The notes under the pieces are model-generated. The model had not been told where the DNA came from. It was given only the letters and a program-made list of their open reading frames with translations, and did no database searches. Below, piece by piece: positions 13,001-23,556 of a DNA stretch of 42,894 nt. This DNA is from Phoronis australis (lineage: Eukaryota > Animalia > Phoronida). Location of the stretch: positions 448,869 to 491,762 of the forward strand of contig NMRA01000022.1 in the NCBI GenBank assembly GCA_002633005.1. The letters are read 5' to 3'. Positions within the stretch are counted from its first letter, which is position 1; every line of letters starts with the position of its first letter. A program made the position numbers and the translations under genes.

Positions 13001-16000
13001 CAGGAAGATGAACAGCGGTTGTTGAAGTATCTGTTTGTGTTGCTCAGAGCTGGGCAGCTAGATGAGGTAATCTCCATAAGGTTCATTGCAGCTGTGATGA
13101 CACAGGCATGGATACCAGTCTGTTATTACTTTCATCACGCCTGCCGCTTATGATGTTCCTTTTTGTGCTTGTAGAAAAATTCTATTGGTAACTATTTGGT
13201 CATTTCCAGGAAACAATTTTGAGTCGCTCTGGGTAGTTTTGGATTAGGATAGCACAGGTAGTTATTTAAATAAAGCTGAAAATAAATGAGCAAAGGCCAC
13301 TATTACCACCACCACTTCTGCAAGTTGGTGCTAAACATAAGGAATTACAAATACACGGAAACGTGGAGCTGCGTCACACAACATGAAAAGTGCAAACAAA
13401 TGTCCCCTAACTCCTGTGTCTTTTTACGGCTCTATCCCTTGTTCATCTTTTCCACCAGGCCCAAAAGTTGTGCTCCCGTTGTGGTCAGATGTGGCGTGCG
13501 GCCACGCTGGAGGGCTGGCGACTTCACCACGACCCTAACTACACACAGTTGGGCGATGGTGGTCAGCTTGAGTCCATTGAGGGTAACCCCTGCAGGGATA
13601 TGTGGAAGAACGTCTGCTGGGGTCTGGCAAAGGAGGTACGATTTGTTCTGCGTTTCTTACAGTGTGTTTAAGGATAAAAGCTAGGTGCTTTGTGTCGACT
13701 GTCTGTGGAAAGCTTACTTAGGTCAGGATATTATAAATCATAGATGCTACAATTACATACAGTTGTGGCTCACCTTTATGGAAATTTGGGTCTTGTACCT
13801 TTGGGCTCCTATGTGTTGGCTAAAGGAATTTGATGGATTGGATCTTTTTATCTCTGGAACGAACTGAGTCCGGTAAAATGTTGGCAATTTTGGACAAAGT
13901 AATTTTGAAAATGGCCTTGTTATCATTTTTCAATTGCCTCTTACATTATTGTAATGTCCACAGTTTTAATAACTATTGTCTGAAGGTAGATATGGTACAG
14001 AACGTACTGCACATTCCAGCTTTCGCCATTTGAACGTGCTATCTATGCAGCCATGAGTGGTAACCTGCGCCACCTGTTGCCTGTCTGCGAAAGTTGGGAG
14101 GACCACTTATGGGCATATCTCAGGGTAACTGTTGATGTTCAAGTTGAGCAGGAAATCCGCATGAACGTTGTGTATGATCGCCCACAGGAGGAGCTACCTG
14201 CTGAATACTGGGATGGACTGTGAGTACTCGGGCCGACCAAATTTTCATTTCTTAAGTTTGTTAATGAGATTTATAACAGTATATATTATAAATATAGTAC
14301 TTGTGACTGGTGTGACTTAAGTGATTGTACACAGCTTTTGACCTGTTCTGCAGAGGTCACAGGTTCGAATCTGCGCTGAGACTGATCTCAGAAAATCACC
14401 TTTTTCAACTATATCACTTTAATATTATGACTATAAGCAGACATTTGCATTATTAACTAAAACTGAGGTGTAGTGGTAGACCTGACTCATGGCTCTAGAT
14501 GTGGTGCAGTGGTAGACCTGTCTCATGGCTCTAGATGTTGTGGGCCTGTAGATTAATTCCATACTTTCTCATATTATTTTTGTCAGGCAGATAAGTCTAC
14601 TGTTGTTTGCTGTATCAGGAGCTGTGATGATATCTGTTGACGATCATGATTTTCAATGATTGTTTGGTGGTATTTCTGAGCTCTAAAAACACTATGAAAA
14701 AATGGCATGGTCTGTAAACGATGGGCACGCTTTCATTGATTAAGTTCAGTATTTGTCACTTGTGTTAAATGTGGTTTCCTTTTTTCAGAATGTCTCTGGA
14801 ACAGGTTTTCCGAGAAATTCAAGCAAGTCCAAATGATGTAAGTGGTATCACATAGTGTTCACTGAGAAATTAGCTGTTCAATTTGGTCAACTTGTTGGAA
14901 GTGATTTATTCTGAAGATGAACATCAGCAGCACTCAATTTGGCAACCTGGAAGTATCAAAAAAAAAATTCTCTTGCAGGACCTTGTGTACATGTATTGTG
15001 TATTCAGTGTAAACATAATGAATGTCTGCATAAAAGCACTTCATTTACAATAGATACTAGATGCCTGTATGAATAAATCTTTCTCTCTAATACTGTGCTT
15101 TGCTCTGTTCCTTTACAGAGAGTCCGTACCCAGGCAAAACAACACTATCCTGTGGTACAGAAGTTCCTCATTTTAAATGATCCAGAAGGTTGGTATATGG
15201 TACAGTGTGTAAGTACGGACTTTATATCAATATGGACCGACCCCAAATGGTGTTCTGGCATGAGTCTAATCTGTGTACTTGAAGCTTGATTTGAAAATTC
15301 ACATCTTTACATACCACGCTTAGAATGAACTTAACAATTTGCACTTAAATCATGCAGCATGATTGATTAAGTTTTAAGTGTGAAACAACTTCATTGGTGA
15401 TTAGACCCTGATCCCTCACATGTCTGAGGGCCGGTCTATATTTGTTTTACTATATGACAACTGATGCTTCTTTCCTCTGACATTGTCTCTTATGAGATTG
15501 TCATGTTTAACCGCCTTGATGTATTGTTATTGTCTATTGGCTTTGTTTACACAGTCAAGGTTTTGTAGGCTTTCTGCAGCCTGTAGATTTCGAATAGCAG
15601 CATCTGACATCTAGGTGGCATGAGTGACAAGTGACATGACATGGCTAGCTGGTCAACATAACCACATATCAGACTTTATTGGATTGGTGAACAAGAACTG
15701 TCAGTGGCTGTGTAATAACGTGTCTTGTTGATCACTGACTGTTGCAGTCCTGTGTCATGTATTTAAGTTATGAGTATCCATTTGGGACATATAGTATGCA
15801 CAGCTTCCAAAAAGTGGAAATTCGAATTGGCTTTTCTTCAGTTCTTTTATTTTACAAGACAAAATTGAGGGGATAAAAGCTGATAATTTTAGTCAAAAAC
15901 GTTTTACCCAACTTATCTTCCTTATTTATTGTGACCAACTTCAGCTGGTTGTGCAGAGCACGCCGCTCGATCTTCTTAAAACCCTATGACAGTGTCTTAT

Positions 16001-19000
16001 GTTTTCTTAGCGATTGTGTTCTCTACCACAGAAAACTAAAGCTAGGGGAAATTGTAAAATATTGAAAAATTTACGTTCGTACTGTGGGAGCTTTTATATA
16101 AAACCTAGGAATTGAGCATTGAAATGGTGTCAAGCATTCAATATTTACTAATTTGCTTAGCAAATGACCAATCTCCCGTGAGTTTTAACTTTTGCGTTGT
16201 TTTTCAAAAAACTGTGCCACAGGTAAGCCAAACTTGTCTCTGTAAAACCCAAAGTAATTGCCGCGACGAGTCAAGCCAGGTTGTATAGAAGAGTGACTGT
16301 GAAGAGTGGGTTTAAATTTCACAGTACAAAGCCATACATAGACATTTGCTATCCCAAGGACATGCCTCTGTCCAAATTATGTTTAAAACTTTGCCTGGAA
16401 TCTTGAGCCGTTCAATAATTTATGTGCTTGTATGCCTCCAGCTCTGATTGAGGAGATGTACATGTGGGTGAGAGACGAGCAGAAACCACCGACGCCACAC
16501 TTCCTTCGCTTCATGGCACATCTCGTCCTGTTTCTCAGGGCAATTGGACACAGTGTGAAGGTACGACTTTGGCAAAGTTTGAAGGAGATGCTGATACTAA
16601 AAAGTAGCGGATAGATTTTGTTGAAATTGTATAAGAAGATGGAAATGGGGACTCAACTCACATGGTGGCGCTGTTGAAACAACGGTGTTACCTTGAGGAA
16701 TGTATGTATTGAGGTCACAAGGGATCCTCATATCATACGCACCCCCCTGCTGGTGAATAGCTCTCAATCCACTTGTAGGATATAAAGAGGGACATTTCTT
16801 TATTAGCACCAGCTAGAAAATGTTGACCAATAACCAATTGGAAAGATTGGGAATGGTACGATGCATTTTGGAATTTACATGGCTGTTCAAATGTGGAACG
16901 ATGGAAAAACATCATTTGGTTAGTGTATTATATGAAATTCGATGGTGAACTGTTTTGACATGCACGTGTAACATCACTGGCTCATCGTTCTCAATTATTG
17001 CGCTGTCAAATTCATTGTGCGCTGTCAAATTCATTGCATTGCTACATTTCCAGTCGCTGTTTTTTTCTCTAATTTTTATTCTTCTGCATATAGGAGGAGC
17101 TGTGTGTTGCTATTTTGGAGACCTATGTTCAAGATCTCATTGACTCTCGCCAGACTGAACTCGTTGCTACATATGTCTCGAAACTCCCGTCTAATCTCCA
17201 GGTAGAGTGGTACGCTAAGTTTCTCGAAGGTAAGACCTGTTCCCAAAAAGGCGTTCTGTACTCTGCATAACTAATTTTGGACGTTTATGTCCATTTTAAT
17301 AAGATTTTGCCTCATTGTTTAACAAATTGACAGTAGTTTTGTTGGTATAGTAGCATTGGGAGTTGTGTTACTCTAGTTGGAAAATTAGGTAGATTTGTAA
17401 AAAAGATTCACAGTATGCAGTTCATAAAAATAATAAAAAGTCAGAGAAACGTTAATGAAAAATATTACATAGCAGAGTCTACATACTTAGCTTTTTGTAA
17501 CTGATGATTGTGTGCGAGAAACTTTATTTACACAGCAGGTAAGGTTTTGTAATTGTCAATGAGAAATGCCAATCTGGTTTGAACTACATGCCATGCTGTT
17601 AAACCAGGTATACATGATAAGAATGAGAGACAGCACTGTCTTGAACTAGCCGAGGAAGTCGGCCTAGAGGTGGCGCTTATCACCAAACTTGTTGTGGAGA
17701 ATATCCGTCAGCAAGACGCACACGAGTTCAGTATAGATGGCGAAGCCACATTAGAAGCTGGCACTTCTAAGGTCAGTTGTATGTCTTAACATCTAATGTT
17801 AATTGATTTTTGGGGTCTGACTTGAGAGTTTTGTCAGACATTTGGTCTTACACTCCACACAACTATTTCCGAAAAATTTGTAAATCGCACTAGAGCTAAA
17901 CTTCGAAGTGTTTGAGAATATATCGATTATTTCTAGTTACAGGGATAATTTGTAGAAATTATTTCTAGGCTGTGGTACACTATTACGTGGCTAAACCTTT
18001 TATTCAGTAATTGTAAAGTGAGAGTTTAAGACCAGATTTCTGTCCAAGCCTTGAGTCACTTTCATCAAACAGACCGGTCCTTATGCATGGTATGTACTAA
18101 TCACTACTCTCGCATCACCTTCCAAGTATTTTCAAGAAAATTCCTTCATTTCTTTTTCTGCTATTTTGTATTTACATAAAATTTACAAAAGAAATATTTT
18201 GATCATGATTGGTGCTATGTCAAATTCAGATCAAGATGTTAAATTCCACCTTCTCACACTGTTTTAGGGAGAGTGATTTCCAAACCTCATGTAATAGTGT
18301 TACATTTTTTTTTTCACTCTAATCAGTTTTGCATATTTCCCAATTTTGTTTAATATATCTGCCACAGTTTAAAAGTGGGGTCCAGTTAGCCTGACCCCAG
18401 TGCTTGGTCATAGTAATAGTGGAATCTCAGGCACTCCCTACGTTTGTTCCTTTGGCAAAATCCTGGATTTGCAGATAAAAGTCCTGCTTCAATAGTCATG
18501 TACCATAATAACATGTCTACTTTTGGGCCTGTGCACTTGTATGTGAAACAGCGATGTTTTCCAAAATACATGCACATTTGCAAAACACTTGAGTAAAAAA
18601 AACAAGGAATAAGTTGTTTAGTTTTCAAAAAAGTTTGCTTGTTTTTCTTAAAACAGTGAGGCACATGTTTCAAAATGAGTTGGGCGCAGAACCAATTCTG
18701 CTGTTTTTTGGCCTAATCCACTTTCTATAGTTGATCATCCGGTGACAACTAAATGAGCCGGCCTGTGTTTGGTAGATGCGAGAACGTCGCGAAAACGCAA
18801 GACTTTGTGAGATATCTTTACTCGCGGTTGTCTTGCATTTACGGAACAAAGCCCAGTATGTTGTTCTCCTCAGTAATAGTGATGATTTATGAATATGTTA
18901 ATCTTGAACGGGTGCGGAAGTATAGATCACAAACATTTTTAAGTCTGGTCTGCATGCCATCTGTTGGCCACATCACGTGACTTCATGAACGTAAGTCGGG

Positions 19001-22000
19001 GCAGAAATCTTTTCAGATTTATGTTCATAAGGTCACGTGGTGTGGTGTGCAGACCAGACTTAGAAATGTTTGGGAAATTATGATGATGATTAATTGCAGG
19101 AAGACCGAATCAAAATCGAGGCCATTGATTGGTTAGTGTTTGATCCATCGCAGCGAGCCGAAGCACTGAGACAAGGAAATGCAGTTATGAGGAAGTTTCT
19201 GGGTAAACTTAGCACCAGGGACCAGTTTTATCAGAGGTCGTAAGTCCGGTCATATTTAAGACAGTCGTAAATGCAACGCTGCATTTTTAGAGGGGCGAAA
19301 ACGTTGCAACTAACATAAGATGATATTTATTCCTATTCCAACTTATCGACCACCTTCACGAGTCATGTTATTGAACTGTGTGCATGTAAAAATGGAAGTT
19401 GCAATCGTCTTAGCTAAGACTGGACTTGCGACTTTTGATAAAATGGTACTTGGTGGCTGCTTATAGGGGCATGGGTGCTTATTAGGGTGAATACAGTACT
19501 TTTGCTGAGTTGTATTCTATTTGTTTTGTAGATATTTGGCTAAATGTACAGACTTGTTGATAAAGTCCGACATAATCTTAAAAGATTTCAAAATGATGAG
19601 ATGTGTGACATTACTTTTGTTTGCAGCCTTCAAGAAGCACGCTGCTGCACGGGAAGTTTTCACAAAGATTCCGTCTGGTTCTATTGACGTCATCTACAGG
19701 AACTGCAGGCAAGAGGTAGGTTTTACACAGTCAACAGGTTAAAAAAGTGGTTCAGTGGCTTGATTAAACGTGATCTTATCTGGTCATAGATAGTTGTAAA
19801 CAACTCCGACCTAATTAACAACTAAAATTTTCAAAAAATAAACTTCTCGGTGTTTTTCAGCTGGAAAAGTCATCGGGTTGGGTCTTCGATTTTTAAAAAT
19901 CGGAGAACCATGTACCGAAATTACAACAACTTTAAATAGCATATGAAAGACCAAATTATAGATTGCTGATTATGTATCCACTCCATCAGTTTAGGGATCT
20001 TCACGGACAATAGACATGTTCAATAGACATGTTCAATAGACATGTACAATAGACATGTTCAATAGACATGTTCAATAGACAATGTAAATGTTTCTGGATT
20101 TTTAGAAGGTTTTTGGTTAAGGGGCTGTAACAGTAGAAAATATGAGAAGTTGTTTTTACTTAACAACGGTTTATAGCTCCTTTAATCACAAATGTTGTAC
20201 TGCAGCCCCAAACATTTTAATGTTAAAACAGTTTTCTGCAAGTCTCGGTCTAGGGATGCTAAGTATGACAATCTTTCCTTGATAGTGTAGTTTGCTGTGT
20301 AATGCTGTCTGGACAGTCTCTGTGGTGTAGAGGTTTAGGTGTCTGCTTTTCACTCCTGTGACCCGAGTTCAATTCATGGCTTTGTGGAGATTATTTGGAC
20401 TTGTTTTTGCGACCTGTTTTTAGACAGACATGACCGACCTTCCTGCGGAGGATGACAATGCCATCAGAGAGTACCTGTGCATCCAAGCATACCTGGACGC
20501 CAACGAGTCATTCAATGACTGGTTCCAACACTACCACCATGCCAGACCGGACAAGCCATCACTTCCTGTTGGCAATAACTTCCAGGAGCGTGTGGCGTAC
20601 GAACACAAGGAGAAGCAGTATGAAAGTGACTTGGACAGGTGGCAGCACTCGCTATCACTACAGACCAAGGTGTGTTGTTGTGTTGTTAGCTGTGCAGAGG
20701 GCCAAAGTGGGTGAAATGGGATGGCAAGACTACCATAATTGTTGATGATGTCACTGAACAATAGCTAGTCTTTATTTAGCATTTCTTTCAGTGGAGCTTG
20801 CTTAATGTGATTCCTGTTTTGACGTAAATTATGATAATAGGCGTTATATTCCATAAAGCAGGTTTTGACTTGGTGGTGATTGTAACCACTTTTATAACCT
20901 TATCATGCTGTAGTCTCAGAGTAAGACAGGTAAACAGGAAATGACTGACTTTTACACCTGTCGCCGAGATATGAGAAGGCAAATGAATTTAAGGTGAATT
21001 AGGTTAGTTTTTGGACAGAAAAGAGAAAATACAAAAACGTCATGCTAATTAAGTGGATGAGAATTAAATTTTTCTGATTTTTAATGACATTGTCCGAGAA
21101 TTTTACAATAAATCATGACATTATGCGGGTTATTTTACATGGTTTAGTAGGAAATGATTAGTTTTTTTACATTTCATGACAATAACTAGGATATTCTTTT
21201 ATCAGAAATGACTTTTAGCTTAAGGTTATCTCCAACCTTATTTAGTGGCCTCTATTCTAACTCATATATCAAAAAACTAAGCTTTGTCAACTAGTAGACG
21301 TATATATTTTCTGAAAGAAAAAAGATTAGGGAATATGAAAATACTTTTTGTATTAATGTACCATGATTATTATTTTTACGTAAAAACCTTTTTTAAGTCT
21401 AAATTTTATTTTTAAGAAAGGTACAATCACAGCAAAATAACCCCTTGGTCGATTTGAATGAAACTTTTTTAAATGAAAACTTCACCAGTTACCTCAAAAA
21501 CGCTGTTAGGAATTTTTGATTAGTCTTTTTGTTTGGTTTCTATGTCAAATCAAATTGCAAAATGTAAGGTATCTTTGTAAAAAACAGAAGTCGTATTCGT
21601 CTTTGTTACATTACGCAAAAAATAGGCCTTTATATCGAAAATCCTGACAGTGTTTTTGAGACTGATGACTAAATATTGAATTTGGAAAGTTTCAGTGAAA
21701 TCCACCGAGCCGTTTTCGAGAACTCTTGTTCCTAAGTTCAAATGAAGTTGATTTGCCGAAGCTGAGAAAAAGCCGATTAAACTGGGACGAGTGAAAATCT
21801 CAATGTCTTCAGTTCATTATTCGGTGAAAGCTTGTTTTCGGTACACATAACCTATACAAGCCTTAAATATGTTTGCTATTTCAACATTCATTTGCAATGT
21901 CATCTGATTTTGCAATGTGTAATTAACTTAATTATCATTAAAACGTACCGTTTCCCAGCTAACTACTGTTGTTTGTGACCATTTGACCTACTTTTATATG

Positions 22001-23246
22001 TAAATAGGTCACAGTTCATTGTTACACACATAGACTGTACACGTCATGTGCTGGGAGACTGATACAAAACCAAGTAAGAAATGAATTACAAAAATTGAAT
22101 CGGTGGTCGTTAGCACGAGACCGAAACATTGAAATGTCAATTTATTACAGTAACTGAATGAAGGAATTAGGGTGAGGATTTATCTCTTTTCACAATTTGC
22201 TGTGTTCATGACCACAGAGGCCTGAGGCAACAGTAGCATTCGTTCTCAATGCCAACGGTCATATGCATGTATATGCACAACTCCCTTAGGATCAAAACTA
22301 CGTTTTGTCTTTGTTTTCCCCGGCACCATTCTACCATAAGTACACCTCGTTTACTCAACGTTATGGCGATTTTGTGAATGAAAGGACTGAGGGTATACGA
22401 AGGTGTTCTGTACCTGACTGGGATTTGATTGAAAGCCCTTTAACCTTTGACCTCGGATAAGTAGTAAACAAATATCCACGCAGTTGTGCGGTTTCAAGGT
22501 GGTTCTGTTAAATCTTTTTCCCTCATTACGCAATATATATTTTGTATTTGAAGTTCCCGGAGAATGAAGATAAGGTATTTTACTAGACACGTGAAATATT
22601 GTAAAAATGACCATTTTTTGTGAATAAGGTTGGAGATAACCTTAAAAGTGGGCTCCGCTGTATTACATTTTCCTAATCTTGTCTTGAAAAACCGCCTTAC
22701 TGTGTTCATCTGGTAATTAGTTTGAAAGCCTTAACTGTAGAGGTGAGCATGAGCTTATAAACATGTTATTTTACTACTTCATCACTGATTCAGGTTAATA
22801 CCAGAGTTTCTGAATTGATGTCACATTGCTTGAACGGACAGTGCAGGGTTTATTTGTCACATAAGCAAAGTGGAAACATGTTCAATAACAGTTCTCTCTA
22901 CGTAACAAAAGCACTTTACTGTAAAAATATTTCACAAAAGTAAAAACACGCATATATGAGCTATATAACTAACAACCCATGTTTATCCTCTTATTAAAAT
23001 CTTCTGTAGACAACCGTAGAACACATGTTCAACGTGCTGCTCTTCCCAGACGGAGGTTGGATGGTGGATCAGAGGGATGACATTGAGTCTGATGAGTCTC
23101 GCCAACAACAGATGTTGCTACTGAGACAGTTGTGCATTCCTAACATGTGCTACTTGTTACACAGTGTACTACATACAACTGAGCAATATCAACAATGTGT
23201 TGAGTTGGCTGACGTGATAGCCTCAGAGCAACACCAGCTGTATAAG
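888..23246 (+). CDS. NUP107: Nuclear pore complex protein Nup107 gene, 21 traced coding exons (2719 nt); true first exon uncertain, last exon missing
   Basis: Exons with GT-AG boundaries and consistent phases splice into one frame with Nup107 motifs recognised from memory of the human protein: [78 protein letters not shown]. Confidence 0.97.
1013..1522 (+). other. U12-type (minor spliceosome) GT-AG intron of NUP107
   Basis: 5' site GTATCTTT (consensus RTATCCTT); branch site CCTTAAC at 1506-1512, 10 nt before the intron end; no polypyrimidine tract; frame preserved only with the AG at 1521-1522. Confidence 0.8.
1523..1609 (+). CDS. NUP107: NUP107 exon ([10 protein letters not shown]...[11 protein letters not shown])
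   Basis: Follows CCTTAAC branch site and aag; 87 nt, phase 1-1; donor GTAAGT. Confidence 0.8.
2066..4701. repeat. 1.3-kb tandem duplication (2066-3378 / 3380-4701) across a single N; likely assembly artefact
   Basis: Both copies start GGCCAAATTTCTGAC and differ only by SNPs and small indels. Confidence 0.9.
2311..3378 (+). mobile_element. 5' part of the same Helentron-like element (duplicated copy, cut at N)
   Basis: Near-identical to 3625-4701; ends at the single N at 3379. Confidence 0.8.
3625..5354 (+). mobile_element. Non-autonomous Helentron-associated element (HINE/DINE-1/pearl-like) with internal satellite of about 11 monomers of 143-157 bp
   Basis: T-run start; subterminal inverted repeats ATGCGCCCA (3630-3638) / TGGGCGCAT (5321-5329); 5' palindrome CCACATAT-TT-ATATGTGG; GTCC-type microsatellite remnant; 3' hairpin CAACG-CTCTA-CGTTG, then CTCTTGTT. 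Confidence 0.8.
5572..5684 (+). CDS. NUP107: NUP107 exon ([12 protein letters not shown]...SQMSR)
   Basis: tttcag acceptor, open frame, GTAACG donor; phases match both neighbours. Confidence 0.8.
6216..6372 (+). CDS. NUP107: NUP107 exon (FASLD...[10 protein letters not shown])
   Basis: ttccag / GTAGGA; EEDP resembles the Nup107 EDDP motif. Confidence 0.9.
6821..6977 (+). CDS. NUP107: NUP107 exon (ASSSLFTEF...RTTPGQQ)
   Basis: gccag / GTACGT; phase 1-2. Confidence 0.93.
7426..7558 (+). ncRNA. Possible longer C/D box RNA
   Basis: 8-bp terminal stem TGTTGGAG/TTCCAGCA (2 GU pairs); TTGATGA 7437-7443; CTGA 7546-7549; about 75 nt before the acceptor. Confidence 0.3.
7634..7766 (+). CDS. NUP107: NUP107 exon (FSQ...[12 protein letters not shown]...DSL)
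   Basis: tgcag / GTAGGT; conserved TWRL motif. Confidence 0.95.
7955..8055. repeat. Roughly 39-bp tandem repeat x 2.5
   Basis: TGGAAA(T/A)TTCATGGGAAATT(A/G)AAAAGGTGTG repeated. Confidence 0.8.
8731..8802 (+). CDS. NUP107: NUP107 exon (HKHHSEKQV...VRQTQ)
   Basis: tacag / GTTTGC; 72 nt; SEK...VRQ motif. Confidence 0.92.
9699..9790 (+). CDS. NUP107: NUP107 exon ([10 protein letters not shown]...GVAW)
   Basis: tgtag / GTGAGT. Confidence 0.96.
10375..10899. mobile_element. hAT-like MITE, 525 bp, 6-bp TSD GTTACA
   Basis: Perfect 13-bp TIR CAGGGCTTGGAAT/ATTCCAAGCCCTG; GTTACA at 10369-10374 and 10900-10905; subterminal CCGCGG repeats. Confidence 0.88.
11140..11218 (+). CDS. NUP107: NUP107 exon (ENTHHAL...RPLVKEL)
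   Basis: tctag / GTGAGT. Confidence 0.95.
12041..12108 (+). ncRNA. Intronic C/D box snoRNA candidate, copy 1
   Basis: TGAGC/GCTCA terminal stem; C box ATGATGA 12047-12053; D' CTGA 12070-12073; C' ATGATTG 12080-12086; D CTGA 12100-12103. Confidence 0.8.
12953..13066 (+). CDS. NUP107: NUP107 exon (DPDAPLR...RAGQLDE)
   Basis: tcaag / GTAATC. Confidence 0.96.
13459..13635 (+). CDS. NUP107: NUP107 exon ([20 protein letters not shown]...GLAKE)
   Basis: accag / GTACGA. Confidence 0.96.
14020..14219 (+). CDS. NUP107: NUP107 exon ([16 protein letters not shown]...EYWDG); 5' boundary slightly uncertain
   Basis: ttccag / GTGAGT; conserved ERAIYAA and WED motifs. Confidence 0.9.
14305..14385 (+). mobile_element. 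tRNA-derived SINE head (degenerate)
   Basis: GAGGTCACAGGTTCGAATC B box at 14362-14371 with a weak A box upstream. Confidence 0.45.
14468..14540. repeat. 36-bp tandem duplication
   Basis: GGTG(T/C)AGTGGTAGACCTG(A/T)CTCATGGCTCTAGATGT twice. Confidence 0.9.
14619..14683 (+). ncRNA. Intronic C/D box snoRNA candidate, copy 2
   Basis: GAGC/GCTC stem; C box GTGATGA 14624-14630; D' ATGA 14646-14649; C' ATGATTG 14656-14662; D CTGA 14676-14679; 105 nt upstream of the 3' splice site; last 28 nt identical to copy 1. Confidence 0.82.
14789..14837 (+). CDS. NUP107: NUP107 exon ([16 protein letters not shown])
   Basis: tttcag / GTAAGT. Confidence 0.93.
15119..15188 (+). CDS. NUP107: NUP107 exon (RVRTQ...[11 protein letters not shown])
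   Basis: tacag / GTTGGT. Confidence 0.94.
16442..16560 (+). CDS. NUP107: NUP107 exon (LIEEM...[12 protein letters not shown]...VK)
   Basis: tccag / GTACGA. Confidence 0.96.
17094..17229 (+). CDS. NUP107: NUP107 exon (EELCVAIL...YAKFLE)
   Basis: tatag / GTAAGA. Confidence 0.95.
17608..17771 (+). CDS. NUP107: NUP107 exon ([14 protein letters not shown]...[10 protein letters not shown]...TSK)
   Basis: accag / GTCAGT. Confidence 0.95.
18931..19071. repeat. 140-nt intronic hairpin
   Basis: AAACATTTTTAAGTCTGGTCTGCA...CACGTGACTTCATGAAC pairs with GTTCATAAGGTCACGTG...TGCAGACCAGACTTAGAAATGTTT. Confidence 0.88.
19100..19202 (+). CDS. NUP107: NUP107 exon ([16 protein letters not shown]...MRKFL)
   Basis: tgcag / GTAAAC. 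Confidence 0.97.
19215..19453. mobile_element. MITE, probably PIF/Harbinger-type
   Basis: About 50-bp imperfect TIRs (ACCAGTTTTATCAGAGGTCGTAAGTCCGGTC / GACTGGACTTGCGACTTTTGATAAAATGGT). Confidence 0.65.
19627..19715 (+). CDS. NUP107: NUP107 exon ([12 protein letters not shown]...CRQE)
   Basis: tgcag / GTAGGT. Confidence 0.96.
20008..20081. repeat. 13-bp minisatellite (CAATAGACATGTT) x 5.7
   Basis: Direct reading; one unit has a single substitution. Confidence 0.97.
20316..20385 (+). mobile_element. tRNA-derived SINE head (degenerate)
   Basis: A-like TGGTGTAGAGG and B-like AGTTCAATTC at tRNA spacing. Confidence 0.5.
20424..20669 (+). CDS. NUP107: NUP107 exon ([16 protein letters not shown]...LQTK)
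   Basis: tttag / GTGTGT. Confidence 0.96.
21224..22641. mobile_element. Non-autonomous Kolobok-like DNA transposon, 1418 bp
   Basis: Perfect 19-bp TIR GGTTATCTCCAACCTTATT; TTAA on both sides; GG..CC termini fit Kolobok rather than piggyBac. Confidence 0.85.
23010..23246 (+). CDS. NUP107: NUP107 penultimate exon ([17 protein letters not shown]...HQLYK)
   Basis: tgtag / GTGTGT; similarity to Nup107 stops exactly at the donor. Confidence 0.96.
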
Positions 23247-23556
23247 GTGTGTAACGCTGTTCCCATGGAAGATTGGCAGATGGGAATAGCCCCAGTACTT
23301 TTCAGGCAAATTTTTATTTGGAAAATTGCTGGGATTCTAAGTTCCATCAAATTTAATTCCAGGAAAAATTAGTCAGTTGCAGACATTTGTTTATTCAAAT
23401 AAAATTCCAAGCCAGGCAGCTCCGGACCAGTGGCAGTATTGCAGCCCAACACTTAATTATTCAATTAAGGAAGTGATGTGATCTGACAGTCACACAGATG
23501 TCTGAAAAGGACGTTTGCAAGGCCTGCTGATAGGGGCTACAGAACTTGTTGGGGTT

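Noticed and set aside
13090-13160. AGCTGTGATGA C-box-like start
   Set aside because: No CTGA D box or terminal stem at a suitable distance.
14305-14385. tRNA genes here and at 20316 and 32230
   Set aside because: Only A/B-box remnants with no acceptor stem or cloverleaf; treated as SINE heads.
16695-16797. H/ACA snoRNA-like double hairpin ending ACATTT
   Set aside because: No ANANNA H box in the hinge and the stems are weak.
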